A stretch of DNA of 64,000 nt. Source: Eubacterium sp. GTDB lineage: Bacteria; Bacillota; Clostridia; Lachnospirales; Lachnospiraceae. A model generated the notes under the pieces. That model was not told where the DNA came from and did no database searches. It worked only from the letters and a program-made list of their open reading frames with translations. Positions 20,348 to 29,747 of the stretch are shown piece by piece; within the stretch, counting starts at the first letter, position 1; every line of letters begins with the position of its first letter. A program made the translations under genes and the position numbers. The DNA is taken from the NCBI GenBank assembly GCA_003486385.1, contig DNFT01000032.1, positions 22,987 to 86,986 on the forward strand, written 5' to 3'.

Positions 20348-21034
20348 ATGAGTGAGAAAGTTTCTTATACTGAATATATAGATACAATTGCAGAATGTCC
20401 TTTATTTAAGGATATCCCTGTTGAAAAAATTGAAGAAATGATACTTTTTCTTAATGGTTTTGCAAAGACCTTTAAAAAAGGGGAAACTCTTGTAAGGCAC
20501 GGTGAACCCTTTAGATACGCCGGAATTATACTCAAAGGAAAAGTTGAAGTCTCGTATACCAATTACCAGTTTGATAAGTTAAATGTAAATCATTTCACAG
20601 CTCCCAATGTCTTTGGTGAGGCTCTCGCAATAAAAAAAATCAGCTATAGCCCAATTCAGGTTGATGCCATAGCTGACTGTATTATTCTTTTTATTGATTT
20701 GAATTATCTGATGTGTTCAAAGGAAAGATGTTGTTCTGCATGCACATTCAATCATCAGTTATTGTTAAATCTCACAAGCCGCATGGCTGACCAGAACATC
20801 TTTACCAACCTTAAACTTCGGATTCTCAGCCAGAAGTCGCTCCGTGACAAAATCATTGTATATCTCTACAGCTTACAGCCGGACAATAACAACGTGAGGA
20901 CAATCCCCTTCTCGCAGACCGCACTGGCTGAATTTTTAAACGTCAACAGAAGTGCCCTTTCAAGGGAATTGGGTAGAATGCAGGATGAAAATATCATCCG
21001 GTTAAACGGAAAGGCTTGTGTCATTTGCGAATAA
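20348..21034 (+). CDS. Crp/Fnr-family transcriptional regulator (HcpR-like, divergent from hcp)
   Basis: N-terminal cNMP-binding beta-barrel and a C-terminal HTH (NVNRSALSRELGRM). GGAGGAG RBS before ATG at 20348. Confidence 0.8.
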   Translation: MSEKVSYTEYIDTIAECPLFKDIPVEKIEEMILFLNGFAKTFKKGETLVRHGEPFRYAGIILKGKVEVSYTNYQFDKLNVNHFTAPNVFGEALAIKKISYSPIQVDAIADCIILFIDLNYLMCSKERCCSACTFNHQLLLNLTSRMADQNIFTNLKLRILSQKSLRDKIIVYLYSLQPDNNNVRTIPFSQTALAEFLNVNRSALSRELGRMQDENIIRLNGKACVICE

Positions 21035-21145
21035 TATGTATTTTCATCCATAAGTAGCATTGTGCTTCCTTACAGCTTCTACAGCATATAGTTTTAAAAT
21101 CTATAACACTGTGCAGACAATATATGTTTTTGGCTGTAAACAAGT

Positions 21146-21451
21146 TTACATGTCCTTCTGCCTCATAATGTCCAGATGATGATTCCGCACCCAAAGGCAC
21201 ATATCAATTATTACTGCGGTCATGTTGATGAAATAAAACACAAAGCCAAGAATAAATATCCAGTCCAAAGCTATTCCCTGTGATACCTGCAGGCTTTTTC
21301 TTATAATTCCACAGATATAACCTATAAGAATAAAGACTTCAAACACAATGCTTTTTCCCTTAGCTGTTCTGGAAATATAAGATTTATGAATGGAGATAGG
21401 CCATGACAGTCCCCAGCAAAAAATCATAATTGCTTCTAAAAGATTAATCAT
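21146..21451 (-). CDS. Small (about 101 aa) 3-TM membrane protein
   Basis: Hydrophobic ORF. The start ATG is 9 nt downstream of the AGGGG inside repeated element A. The longer annotated ORF would be an artefact of translating that element. Confidence 0.45.
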   Translation of the reverse strand: MINLLEAIMIFCWGLSWPISIHKSYISRTAKGKSIVFEVFILIGYICGIIRKSLQVSQGIALDWIFILGFVFYFINMTAVIIDMCLWVRNHHLDIMRQKDM

Positions 21452-21530
21452 TGTTATACCCCTGCATACTGCAAGCATAGCTTGCAGTACTGCCACCAAT
21501 AAGTTGTTTGAAAGTTTCACTTTCAAACTT
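21452..21530 (-). promoter_or_regulatory. Structured leader/intergenic element, copy A. It contains the perfect palindrome TTTGAAAGT-GAA-ACTTTCAAA (21507-21527), a second hairpin, and the RBS.
   Basis: About 85% identical to 42365-42440. It begins 2 nt after the pcp stop codon. Confidence 0.5.
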
Positions 21531-22185
21531 ATACACCTGCCAGATAATCAATCATAATCTGGATTCCCTTCACCATATCATCAAGCTCCATCGAATAGCG
21601 GTTGTCAAGTTCCTTTTTACCCTGTAGCTGCTCCGGCAAAAACGGGACATGTACAAAGCCCGAAATCATATTCCCTGATTTTGAGGCAAGGTGTGCACCG
21701 ACGTACATCACATGATTGCACACATAGGTTCCGGCTGAATAGGAGGCGCGGCAGCCTATCCCTGCTTCATTCACTTTTCTTATCAAATCCCATACCGGCA
21801 AGGTCGAAAAATATGCATTTTCTCCTTCCGGGTATATTACACTATCCACCTTTTCAACTCCCGCAGAGTCCGCTAAAACTGCAGTTCCGTCCGAATACAT
21901 GCCGTTGTCCATATTGATGGCTACACGCTCAACATGGATATACGGCGAATTCCCGGCTTGTCCAAGTGACAAAATAATGTCCGGGCTTTCCTTTTTTACA
22001 AGCTCTTCCAAAATTCCGGTGGTACGGTCAAACTCAACCGGAAGAATCCGCTTAATAAGCTGTATACCCTCCGGTGCTGTTATTCTCTCAACTATAAGCT
22101 GGGATGGATTTAGTGTCCTGCCGTTGAATGCCTCGAAACCGGTCAGTAATATTTTTTTAGATGCTTTGATGTTTCCTTTTTCCAT
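21529..22185 (-). CDS. pcp: Pyrrolidone-carboxylate (pyroglutamyl) peptidase I
   Basis: GFEAF...GQAG...C..V Pcp motifs; 218 aa. Confidence 0.85.
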   Translation of the reverse strand: MEKGNIKASKKILLTGFEAFNGRTLNPSQLIVERITAPEGIQLIKRILPVEFDRTTGILEELVKKESPDIILSLGQAGNSPYIHVERVAINMDNGMYSDGTAVLADSAGVEKVDSVIYPEGENAYFSTLPVWDLIRKVNEAGIGCRASYSAGTYVCNHVMYVGAHLASKSGNMISGFVHVPFLPEQLQGKKELDNRYSMELDDMVKGIQIMIDYLAGV

Positions 22186-22417
22186 ATTTTTTTGTAAACT
22201 CCTCCGTCATTGGCAGCTTAAGTAATCATTCCTTCTGTAATTTAAAAAATATATTTCTAAGAATATATATAATCACATTTTCGAACATTTTCAATATTAC
22301 TTCATTTTCACCTTAAAATCAACTTTAATATTACTTCAGACAATCTTTATTAGGTGCTGAATTCTAAAATAAGAGGACAGATTTCTCCATCCTCTCAAGT
22401 TTTCCGCTAATACTGCT

Positions 22418-23725
22418 TTATTTCTCCAACATCTCCTCAATGAATATCCCATACCCTTTAGCCGGGTCATTGACAAGCACATGGGTCACGGCACCTATCA
22501 CAGAGCCGTCCTGGATAATCGGGCTGCCGCTCATTCCCTGAATTATTCCTCCTGTAAGCTCTAACAGCTCCTTGTCCGTTACGGTAAATGAAATCCCTTT
22601 ATTGACATTATTGTTCGATAAATCCGCACCGGTTATATATATTTCGTAATCGCGCACAGCTCCGTCTATGAAGCTTCTTATATATGCCCTGCCCTTTTTT
22701 ACATCCTGCTTGTATTTCACAGGCAGAGCATAGCTGTCAATGTACTTGTAAATATTCTCATGGCAGGTGCCGTAGATTCCGATTTCGGTGTTGTTCTCTA
22801 TTTTCCCCAGAAAATATTCACTGCTGTAATTGATTGAACCTACAACCTCACCCGGGATTCCTGCTTTTCCCTTGACAATCGACCATATCCTTGCACAGTA
22901 TAATCTTCCTCCGCCTGAGGAGACAAGCTTGCCGGTATCTATATCGCTGATGCCATGTCCTAATGCCCCGAAGCGCCCATTCTTATCTATATATGTGAGG
23001 GTTCCAAGTCCCTGACAGTCATCACGAACCCATGTTCCGATTCTAGCCTTGCCATCCTTATCTATAACAGGTGTTATGCGCACCTGTATATAGCTTCCAT
23101 TGCGGTACAGTCCGATATTGACATGCTCACTTCCTTGCGATACTTGAAGGTTTAACTGGTTTATAAGCTCCTCCTTTGTCGCAACACTGTTATCATTCAC
23201 GCTTACTATATAATCTCCCGGCCACAGCACCTCTGAGGCGGGACACCTGAGTGTTCCATCGGTAAGAGTGATGTCACCTATATCGACAACCATAACACCC
23301 TTTGTCTCAATATAGATTCCTACCGGGATGCCACAGGGAATGACAAGAACTTCATCACATACATTCAGCTTAACATTCTTTAAATTTATGATTCCCAAAA
23401 GCCTGAAATTAAGATTATAATTTCCGCTCTCACCCGTGCTTATATTCAATGTGTCAAGAAGATTGACATTGACAGCTTTTACATTTGTCGCGTATGCCTG
23501 CACAGCTTCACTATCATCTCCTGTCTCCTTCTGTTCAACCGTTCCGACAAAAGGAACATTAAAATTCAGCCTCTCGACCGAATTCTTATTTAAATTGATT
23601 GTATCAGGAATTAAGTTTTTGACAGCATATATATAATAGACTGCACACCCGATTATCCCTGCGGCGAGGAGCCATATAAGAAATCGTCTGTATTTTTTCC
23701 TGCAATCAGTGCATACTCTTTCCAT
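22418..23725 (-). CDS. spoIVB: Stage IV sporulation protein B (S55 serine peptidase with PDZ domain)
   Basis: N-terminal TM, a PDZ region, and a C-terminal GTLTYIDKNGRFGALGHGI S55 signature. Located next to recN. Confidence 0.85.
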   Translation of the reverse strand: MERVCTDCRKKYRRFLIWLLAAGIIGCAVYYIYAVKNLIPDTINLNKNSVERLNFNVPFVGTVEQKETGDDSEAVQAYATNVKAVNVNLLDTLNISTGESGNYNLNFRLLGIINLKNVKLNVCDEVLVIPCGIPVGIYIETKGVMVVDIGDITLTDGTLRCPASEVLWPGDYIVSVNDNSVATKEELINQLNLQVSQGSEHVNIGLYRNGSYIQVRITPVIDKDGKARIGTWVRDDCQGLGTLTYIDKNGRFGALGHGISDIDTGKLVSSGGGRLYCARIWSIVKGKAGIPGEVVGSINYSSEYFLGKIENNTEIGIYGTCHENIYKYIDSYALPVKYKQDVKKGRAYIRSFIDGAVRDYEIYITGADLSNNNVNKGISFTVTDKELLELTGGIIQGMSGSPIIQDGSVIGAVTHVLVNDPAKGYGIFIEEMLEK

Positions 23726-23775
23726 AATAACCCTCATTTCTGAGCGATTTAAAGCAAAATCACGATGGAAACATT
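23726..23775 (-). promoter_or_regulatory. Conserved leader shared with tlyA (CATCGT..TAAATCGCTCRGAAATGAGGRTTAYT-ATG)
   Basis: About 45 nt upstream of the spoIVB ATG and nearly identical to 27794-27840 upstream of the tlyA ATG. Confidence 0.4.
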
Positions 23776-23894
23776 ACAAAAGACCATCCCAATCCATCAT
23801 CATGGCAATCTGTTTTCGCTCGAAACGGATTGCCTGTATTGAAGCCTTGTTATGGTCTTAGTATGCAACACATATTTATTTTAAAACAGACAGA

Positions 23895-25559
23895 TTATGG
23901 TGTGTATCTTTTAAGCTCTCTTGCATTGGATACTGCGGTATCCGTAATTGAATCCCCGCCAAGCATTCTGGCAAGCTCCATAACCGAACCATCATAATCA
24001 AGTTCAGTTATATTGGTTACTGTCTTATTATCCCTTATTGATTTGATTATTCCAAAATGTTTCTTTGCCATCGCAGCTATCTGAGGAAGATGGGTTATGC
24101 ATATTACCTGACGTTTTTTAGCAATCTGATCAAGCTTGTTCGCTACCATCTGTGCAGTTCTGCCGCTTATGCCCGTGTCTATCTCATCAAAGATAAGCGT
24201 ATCTATCTCATCCTGATCTGCGAGAACAGTCTTGATTGCAAGCATTATTCGTGAAAGCTCACCTCCTGAGGCAACCTTGGCAAGAGGCTTCGGCTCCTCT
24301 CCCGGATTCACGCTGATGAGGTACTCAACATGATCCATTCCGTTTGCAGAGGGTTTTTCAAGCGGTTTAAAATCAATTCTGAAATCAACACTCAAAAAAT
24401 TAAGCTCCATGAGCGCCTGAGTGATTTCTTTTTCAAGTCCTGCCGCGGCTTTTTTTCTTATTTTGCTTATATTATCTGCTGTTTTTACAAGTTTATCATA
24501 AGATTTTTCAAGTTCGGCAAGTACAATTCTGCGATTGGCTTCATACTCATTAAGGAAATCATATTTCTGTTTCTTTGCCTCAAGTGCCGCAAGAACACTC
24601 TCTATACTGCCGCCGTGCTTCGCCTTTAGGTTGTTTATCACATCAAGTCTTTCCTCAAGCTGTGAATATTTTTCCTCGTCAAATTCAAGCCCCGACATAT
24701 ATGCTGACAGCTCCCTCTCAAAATCTGATATAAGGCTCTCTATATCCGATAGCTGCGAGGCTAAGCCCTCCATCGCCTCATCATACTGCATAACCTCACT
24801 TACCGCTTTATACGCCCTGCCGATAAGCTCGGTTGCATTATCACAGTCATCCGAATTGACACATTCCTCCGCCTGTGCGAGTGCCTCAGCGATTTTTCTT
24901 GAATTTTTCGCTCTGCGGTACTCAGCTTCGAGACTCTCATCTTCTCCGGGATGTATCGCCGCCGCCTCAATCTCATTTATCTCATATTCAAGAAAATCGA
25001 GATTTCTCTTTCTCTGTTCCTCGTCCATGTCAAATTCGGACAGCCTGTGCCCAAGCGTCCTGTACTCCTCATAAGCCCTGGAATACTCCTTCATGGCTGG
25101 CTCAAGCTCATGCCTTGCATATCTGTCAAGTATCTGCAGGTGGTTAGCAGGATAGATAAGTGACTGGTGCTCATGCTGACCATGTATATCAATGAGGAGC
25201 GACGTTATATCACGGACTGTTGCCAGAGTGACATTCTCACCGTTTATCTTCATAATATTTCTGTTTTCAGTGAATTTTCTGGAAATCAGAACCTGATTAT
25301 CTGTGACAAAGATATCTTTTGCGGCGAGCGCCGACACAGTGGAAGCATCAACCTGAAACAAAAGTTCAACACTTGCATAGTCCCCATGCTTTCCAAGAAT
25401 ATCGCGTGAAGCTTTTGCTCCCAGTGCAAGATTTATGGAGCCTAATAAAATAGATTTACCGGCTCCCGTTTCACCTGTAAGAATGTTAAGACCTTCATCA
25501 AAAAAGACATCCGCTTCGTCAATAAGGGCAAGATTCTTAACATGCAAATTAATTAACAT
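23895..25559 (-). CDS. recN: DNA repair protein RecN
   Basis: N-terminal Walker A (GETGAGKS) and coiled-coil SMC-like architecture; 554 aa. Confidence 0.9.
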   Translation of the reverse strand: MLINLHVKNLALIDEADVFFDEGLNILTGETGAGKSILLGSINLALGAKASRDILGKHGDYASVELLFQVDASTVSALAAKDIFVTDNQVLISRKFTENRNIMKINGENVTLATVRDITSLLIDIHGQHEHQSLIYPANHLQILDRYARHELEPAMKEYSRAYEEYRTLGHRLSEFDMDEEQRKRNLDFLEYEINEIEAAAIHPGEDESLEAEYRRAKNSRKIAEALAQAEECVNSDDCDNATELIGRAYKAVSEVMQYDEAMEGLASQLSDIESLISDFERELSAYMSGLEFDEEKYSQLEERLDVINNLKAKHGGSIESVLAALEAKKQKYDFLNEYEANRRIVLAELEKSYDKLVKTADNISKIRKKAAAGLEKEITQALMELNFLSVDFRIDFKPLEKPSANGMDHVEYLISVNPGEEPKPLAKVASGGELSRIMLAIKTVLADQDEIDTLIFDEIDTGISGRTAQMVANKLDQIAKKRQVICITHLPQIAAMAKKHFGIIKSIRDNKTVTNITELDYDGSVMELARMLGGDSITDTAVSNARELKRYTP

Positions 25560-25613
25560 ATATTTCCTCCTTCTGACAGAATCTCTCTGTATAAAAGGTA
25601 TCCCCCGTGAGTT

Positions 25614-26066
25614 TTACTTGTTTACCAGTTTATGTATCTTATCCATGAGATCCTTCGTATCCTCAACTGTTCTCACCGCACACATTACAGTGTCATCACC
25701 GGCTATACAGCCGACAATCTCATGCCATGGCATTGCATCTATCGCAGCGGCTACCGCCATTGCCATTCCCGAAACTGTCTTGACAACAAGAATATTCTGC
25801 GCCATATCAACTGATATATACGCTTCCTTGAGAATACGGATAAACTTATCACTCATAGAGCTGTCTTTACCATCAAGAATTACATATTTCTGCTTTCCGG
25901 CTCCATTAGAAACCTTTGTCAGCTTTAGCTCCCTTATATCTCTTGAGACGGTTGCCTGCGTCACATTATAGCCTTCACTGTTAAGCCTGTCCGCAAGATC
26001 TTCCTGCGTTTCTATATCATACCTGCGTATGAGTTCAATAACCTTGGCGTGGCGTTCAGCCTTCAT
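25614..26066 (-). CDS. argR: Arginine repressor
   Basis: 150 aa with a winged-helix N-terminus (QATVSRDIREL) and C-terminal oligomerisation domain. Confidence 0.9.
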   Translation of the reverse strand: MKAERHAKVIELIRRYDIETQEDLADRLNSEGYNVTQATVSRDIRELKLTKVSNGAGKQKYVILDGKDSSMSDKFIRILKEAYISVDMAQNILVVKTVSGMAMAVAAAIDAMPWHEIVGCIAGDDTVMCAVRTVEDTKDLMDKIHKLVNK

Positions 26067-26098
26067 ATTTAATCCCCGCTTTCATTTTATATATGCGT

Positions 26099-26959
26099 CT
26101 ATATCACACTCATTTTCTTTCCCAAAACCTGAAAGAAGCTAAGCTTGCTTGTCTTTACAATCTTCGCCTTTTTAGGTGCCCTTGTAATAATAACCTTATC
26201 TCCCGAAATAAGATTGGTATGCAGCTCTCCGTCAAATGAGGCAACTCTCTCCTCCTGATTTGAACGGCTCTTACTCATCTTCACACAGATTTCATCGAAC
26301 GAATCAAGGATAATGCTTCTCTGATTGATTTTATGCGGGCATACAGGTGTGAGAATAATAAGCTCTGAGTTCGGCTGCGCAATCGGTCCTCCGGCTGAGA
26401 GATTATATGCGGTGGAGCCGGTAGGCGTGGAAATGATAAGTCCGTCCGCCGTATAGGAGGTCAGATATTCATCATTTACATATATATCGAAATCAATTAC
26501 CCTGAGTGCTCCGCTTCTGTTAATAACAATATCATTTAAAGCAACATTGGTATAAATAAGCCTGCCATCCCTGTATGCTTTGCCTTCAAGCATCATTCTC
26601 TCGTCTATCTCATAGTCCCCTCCGAGAACACAATCAATAGCCGGAAAGGCCTGATCCTTATCTATATCAACAAGGAATCCCAATGTTCCTATATTAATTC
26701 CAAGAAGCGGAAGCTCCAGCTGGCTTAAATCTCTTGCTGCCTGAATAAGTGTTCCATCACCGCCAAGTACAATAACGCAGTCCGTATCAGCCGGAACAAG
26801 ATCAGCATTTGTATAGTTATAATCAGTATTATTCACAGCCTCTCTTGTCTGCGTATAACAAGTCTTTCCCTTAGACTCCAGATAATCTATTATGCTGTTG
26901 GTAAAAACTAAATCCTTATCCTTTGCCGTGTTGGTGACAATAAAAAATTTTTCCATCAC
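26099..26959 (-). CDS. nadK: NAD+ kinase
   Basis: GGDGT motif and NE/D region; 286 aa. Confidence 0.9.
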   Translation of the reverse strand: MMEKFFIVTNTAKDKDLVFTNSIIDYLESKGKTCYTQTREAVNNTDYNYTNADLVPADTDCVIVLGGDGTLIQAARDLSQLELPLLGINIGTLGFLVDIDKDQAFPAIDCVLGGDYEIDERMMLEGKAYRDGRLIYTNVALNDIVINRSGALRVIDFDIYVNDEYLTSYTADGLIISTPTGSTAYNLSAGGPIAQPNSELIILTPVCPHKINQRSIILDSFDEICVKMSKSRSNQEERVASFDGELHTNLISGDKVIITRAPKKAKIVKTSKLSFFQVLGKKMSVI

Positions 26960-26995
26960 TGTAGCCTTACCCTTCTGTAAAAAATTATATATATG

Positions 26996-27793
26996 TTACA
27001 ACATTTCATGTGCTTTTTCAACAATTTCGCGAATATTAAACGGAAGTTCACCCGGCTCCTCATCACTCTTTCTAAGATGAAGCAGATATTCGATGTTCCC
27101 CTCCGGCCCCTTTATAGGTGAAAACTCAAGGTTAAGCGGAATAAATCCGTTAGCCGCTGCAAATGCCGTCACGTTCTCAATAACCTCAATATGGACTGCC
27201 TTATCCCTCACTACACCTTTCTTTCCTACTTTCTCCCTTCCTGCTTCAAACTGTGGCTTGATAAGTGCCGCAACCTCTCCACCGTCCCTTAACAGGGCAC
27301 GCACAGGCAGAAGAACCTTCGTCAACGAAATAAAAGAGACATCAATACTTGCAAAATCAATAACATCAGCTATATCCTCCGGTGTCACAAACTTGATATT
27401 CGTCTTCTCCATCACAACAACACGTTCATCCTGACGGAGTCTCCAGTCAAGCTGACCGTGGCCTACATCAACGGAATACACCTTCACGGCACCATTCTGC
27501 AGCATACAGTCTGTAAAGCCGCCGGTTGAGGCACCTACATCCATACATACCCTGCCCTCCAATGATATATCAAAATGGGTCATGGCCTTTTCAAGCTTAA
27601 GTCCGCCTCTGCTTACATATTTCATCGTAACACCATGTATTTCTATCTGGCTTGTGACGTCAAACATGGAGCCTGCCTTATCTTCACGCTGACCATTCAC
27701 GAACACATTGCCCGCCATGATGATTGCCTTAGCCTTTTCCCTCGAATCGGCAAGCCTGCGTTCAACAACAAGCACATCCAGTCTTTCCTTCAT
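26996..27793 (-). CDS. tlyA: TlyA-family 16S/23S rRNA (cytidine-2'-O)-methyltransferase
   Basis: S4 domain followed by an FtsJ-like methyltransferase (GASTGGFTD). Start at MKERLD, with GAGGA upstream. Confidence 0.8.
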   Translation of the reverse strand: MKERLDVLVVERRLADSREKAKAIIMAGNVFVNGQREDKAGSMFDVTSQIEIHGVTMKYVSRGGLKLEKAMTHFDISLEGRVCMDVGASTGGFTDCMLQNGAVKVYSVDVGHGQLDWRLRQDERVVVMEKTNIKFVTPEDIADVIDFASIDVSFISLTKVLLPVRALLRDGGEVAALIKPQFEAGREKVGKKGVVRDKAVHIEVIENVTAFAAANGFIPLNLEFSPIKGPEGNIEYLLHLRKSDEEPGELPFNIREIVEKAHEML

Positions 27794-27879
27794 AGTAATC
27801 CTCATTTCCGAGCGATTTATCATCTGACGATGCCATAACAGCAACCTGCTCCCGCTCAACAGCAAATCGCATATACAGC

Positions 27880-29730
27880 TTAATAGCTGTCCAGTTTTTC
27901 TATGATTGCTTCAGGGGTAAATCCATATACCTCCTTAAGCTTATTCACTCCGCCATGCTGAATATACTCATCAGGAAGAGCAGCATTTATAACCTTTAAA
28001 TTAATTCTGTTCTCATTTACCGCTCGCAGGACATTCATTCCAAAACCACCTGCAGAGATGTTCTCCTCTATTGTGAGCAGCTTTTCATGCTTATTTTCAA
28101 GCTCCTTAATGAGTCCTATATCTATAGGATTTTCAAATCGCGCATTGATAAGTGATGGGTTTTCCCCTCTTTCCTTAAGCAGCTTATACACCTGCGTTCC
28201 TTCCTCGATGGAAGCACCTATAGTTAATATGGCAGTCCCCTCTCCATCGTAGATTCGTTCAGCTTTTCCATAAGAAACCTCGTTTTTAATATCCGAAAAA
28301 ATATCCGAAACACTACCCCTTGGATATCTGATTGCGACAGGTCCATCAAAGCTGTTCGCAAATTCCATCATATCCATGAACTCCAGCCTGTTCTTAGGAG
28401 CCATAACCGTCATCCCCGGTATAATATTCATATATGAATAGTCATATATGCCCTGATGTGTCTCACCATCACTCCCCACCAGACCTGCCCGGTCTATCAT
28501 AAAGACTACCGGGAGTCCCTGGATACAGACGTCGTGTAAAATCTCATCGAAGCCTCTCTGCAGAAATGAAGAGTATACGGCAAAATAAGGCTTGAGACCG
28601 CCTGCTGCCAGACCTGCCGCAAATGTTACGGCATGCTCCTCCGCTATTCCGACATCAAAAAATCTCAGCGGAAATCTTTTCTGGAATCTGGAAAGACCGG
28701 TTCCTGCTGCCATTGATGCCGTGATGGCTACAATTCTATTATCCTTCTGTGCCATATCACAGATTTTTCTGGAGAAAACCTCCGTATAGCTTGTCTTAGC
28801 TGCGGCAACAGGCTTGCCGGTTACCACATCGAAAGGACTTACACCATGAAATTTCTCCGGCTTCAGTCTTGCCGGTTCATAACCTCTTCCCTTCTCGGTG
28901 ATAACATGCACAATGACAGATGTGTTCATTTTCTTTGCAATCTTAAACAGCTTGCACAGCTTACCTATATCGTGACCGTCAACCGGTCCAAGATATGTGA
29001 TTCCCATATCCTCAAATTTCATGCCAGGGAGAAAAAGCTGCTTTATTCCGCTCTTTGCCTTCTGCACCTGTGAAACTATCTTGTCACCATATACAGGAAT
29101 TTTTTTCAGTGAGCTCTTTACATTGTCATTGATATCCCTGTAGGCATTGTCACCCCTGATGCCTGTCAGCAGCGATGAAATGGCACCTACATTCGGCGAA
29201 ATAGACATATTGTTATCATTTAAGACAATTATAAAATTACTCTGGTTCTCTGCAGCATTATTAAGTGCCTCAAGTGCAAGCCCTCCTGTGAGCGCACCAT
29301 CACCTATAATGGACACAACATAATTATGCCCACCCGACAAATCCCTTGCCTTGACATATCCAAGTCCTGCTGAGATTGATGTGGAGCTGTGGCCTGTGTC
29401 GAAGCTGTCACATTCGCTCTCACGCCTCTTAGGAAATCCGCTCATCCCGCCATACTGTCTGAGTGAATCAAAGCCCTCCTTGCGTCCTGTAAGCAGCTTA
29501 TGTGTGTATGCCTGATGTCCGACATCCCACACAAGCTTGTCCTCGGGAAGGTCGAATGAAAGGTGCATAGCCATCGTAAGCTCAACCGTGCCAAGGTTAG
29601 AGGCTAAATGTCCGCCCGTATGGCTGATATGCTCTATCAGAAATTCCCTGATTTCAGAAGCTAACAGCGGCAGCTCCTCGACAGGAACATTTTTTATATC
29701 ATTTGCCTTATTTATTGAATCCAATACCAT
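27880..29730 (-). CDS. dxs: 1-deoxy-D-xylulose-5-phosphate synthase
   Basis: TPP-binding GDG...N motif and a transketolase-like architecture. Start moved to MVLDSI to avoid overlap with ispA. Confidence 0.85.
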   Translation of the reverse strand: MVLDSINKANDIKNVPVEELPLLASEIREFLIEHISHTGGHLASNLGTVELTMAMHLSFDLPEDKLVWDVGHQAYTHKLLTGRKEGFDSLRQYGGMSGFPKRRESECDSFDTGHSSTSISAGLGYVKARDLSGGHNYVVSIIGDGALTGGLALEALNNAAENQSNFIIVLNDNNMSISPNVGAISSLLTGIRGDNAYRDINDNVKSSLKKIPVYGDKIVSQVQKAKSGIKQLFLPGMKFEDMGITYLGPVDGHDIGKLCKLFKIAKKMNTSVIVHVITEKGRGYEPARLKPEKFHGVSPFDVVTGKPVAAAKTSYTEVFSRKICDMAQKDNRIVAITASMAAGTGLSRFQKRFPLRFFDVGIAEEHAVTFAAGLAAGGLKPYFAVYSSFLQRGFDEILHDVCIQGLPVVFMIDRAGLVGSDGETHQGIYDYSYMNIIPGMTVMAPKNRLEFMDMMEFANSFDGPVAIRYPRGSVSDIFSDIKNEVSYGKAERIYDGEGTAILTIGASIEEGTQVYKLLKERGENPSLINARFENPIDIGLIKELENKHEKLLTIEENISAGGFGMNVLRAVNENRINLKVINAALPDEYIQHGGVNKLKEVYGFTPEAIIEKLDSY

Positions 29731-29747
29731 AGTATACCTCGTTTCAT

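Noticed and set aside
21452-21526. N-terminal 25 aa (MKVKLSNNLLVAVLQAMLAVCRGIT) of ORF 21146-21526, and the MQGYN extension of ORF 41642-42379
   Set aside because: These residues are translations of the repeated leader element itself. Both genes have a better start (ATG 6-9 nt after AGGGG) just downstream, so the extensions are artefacts.
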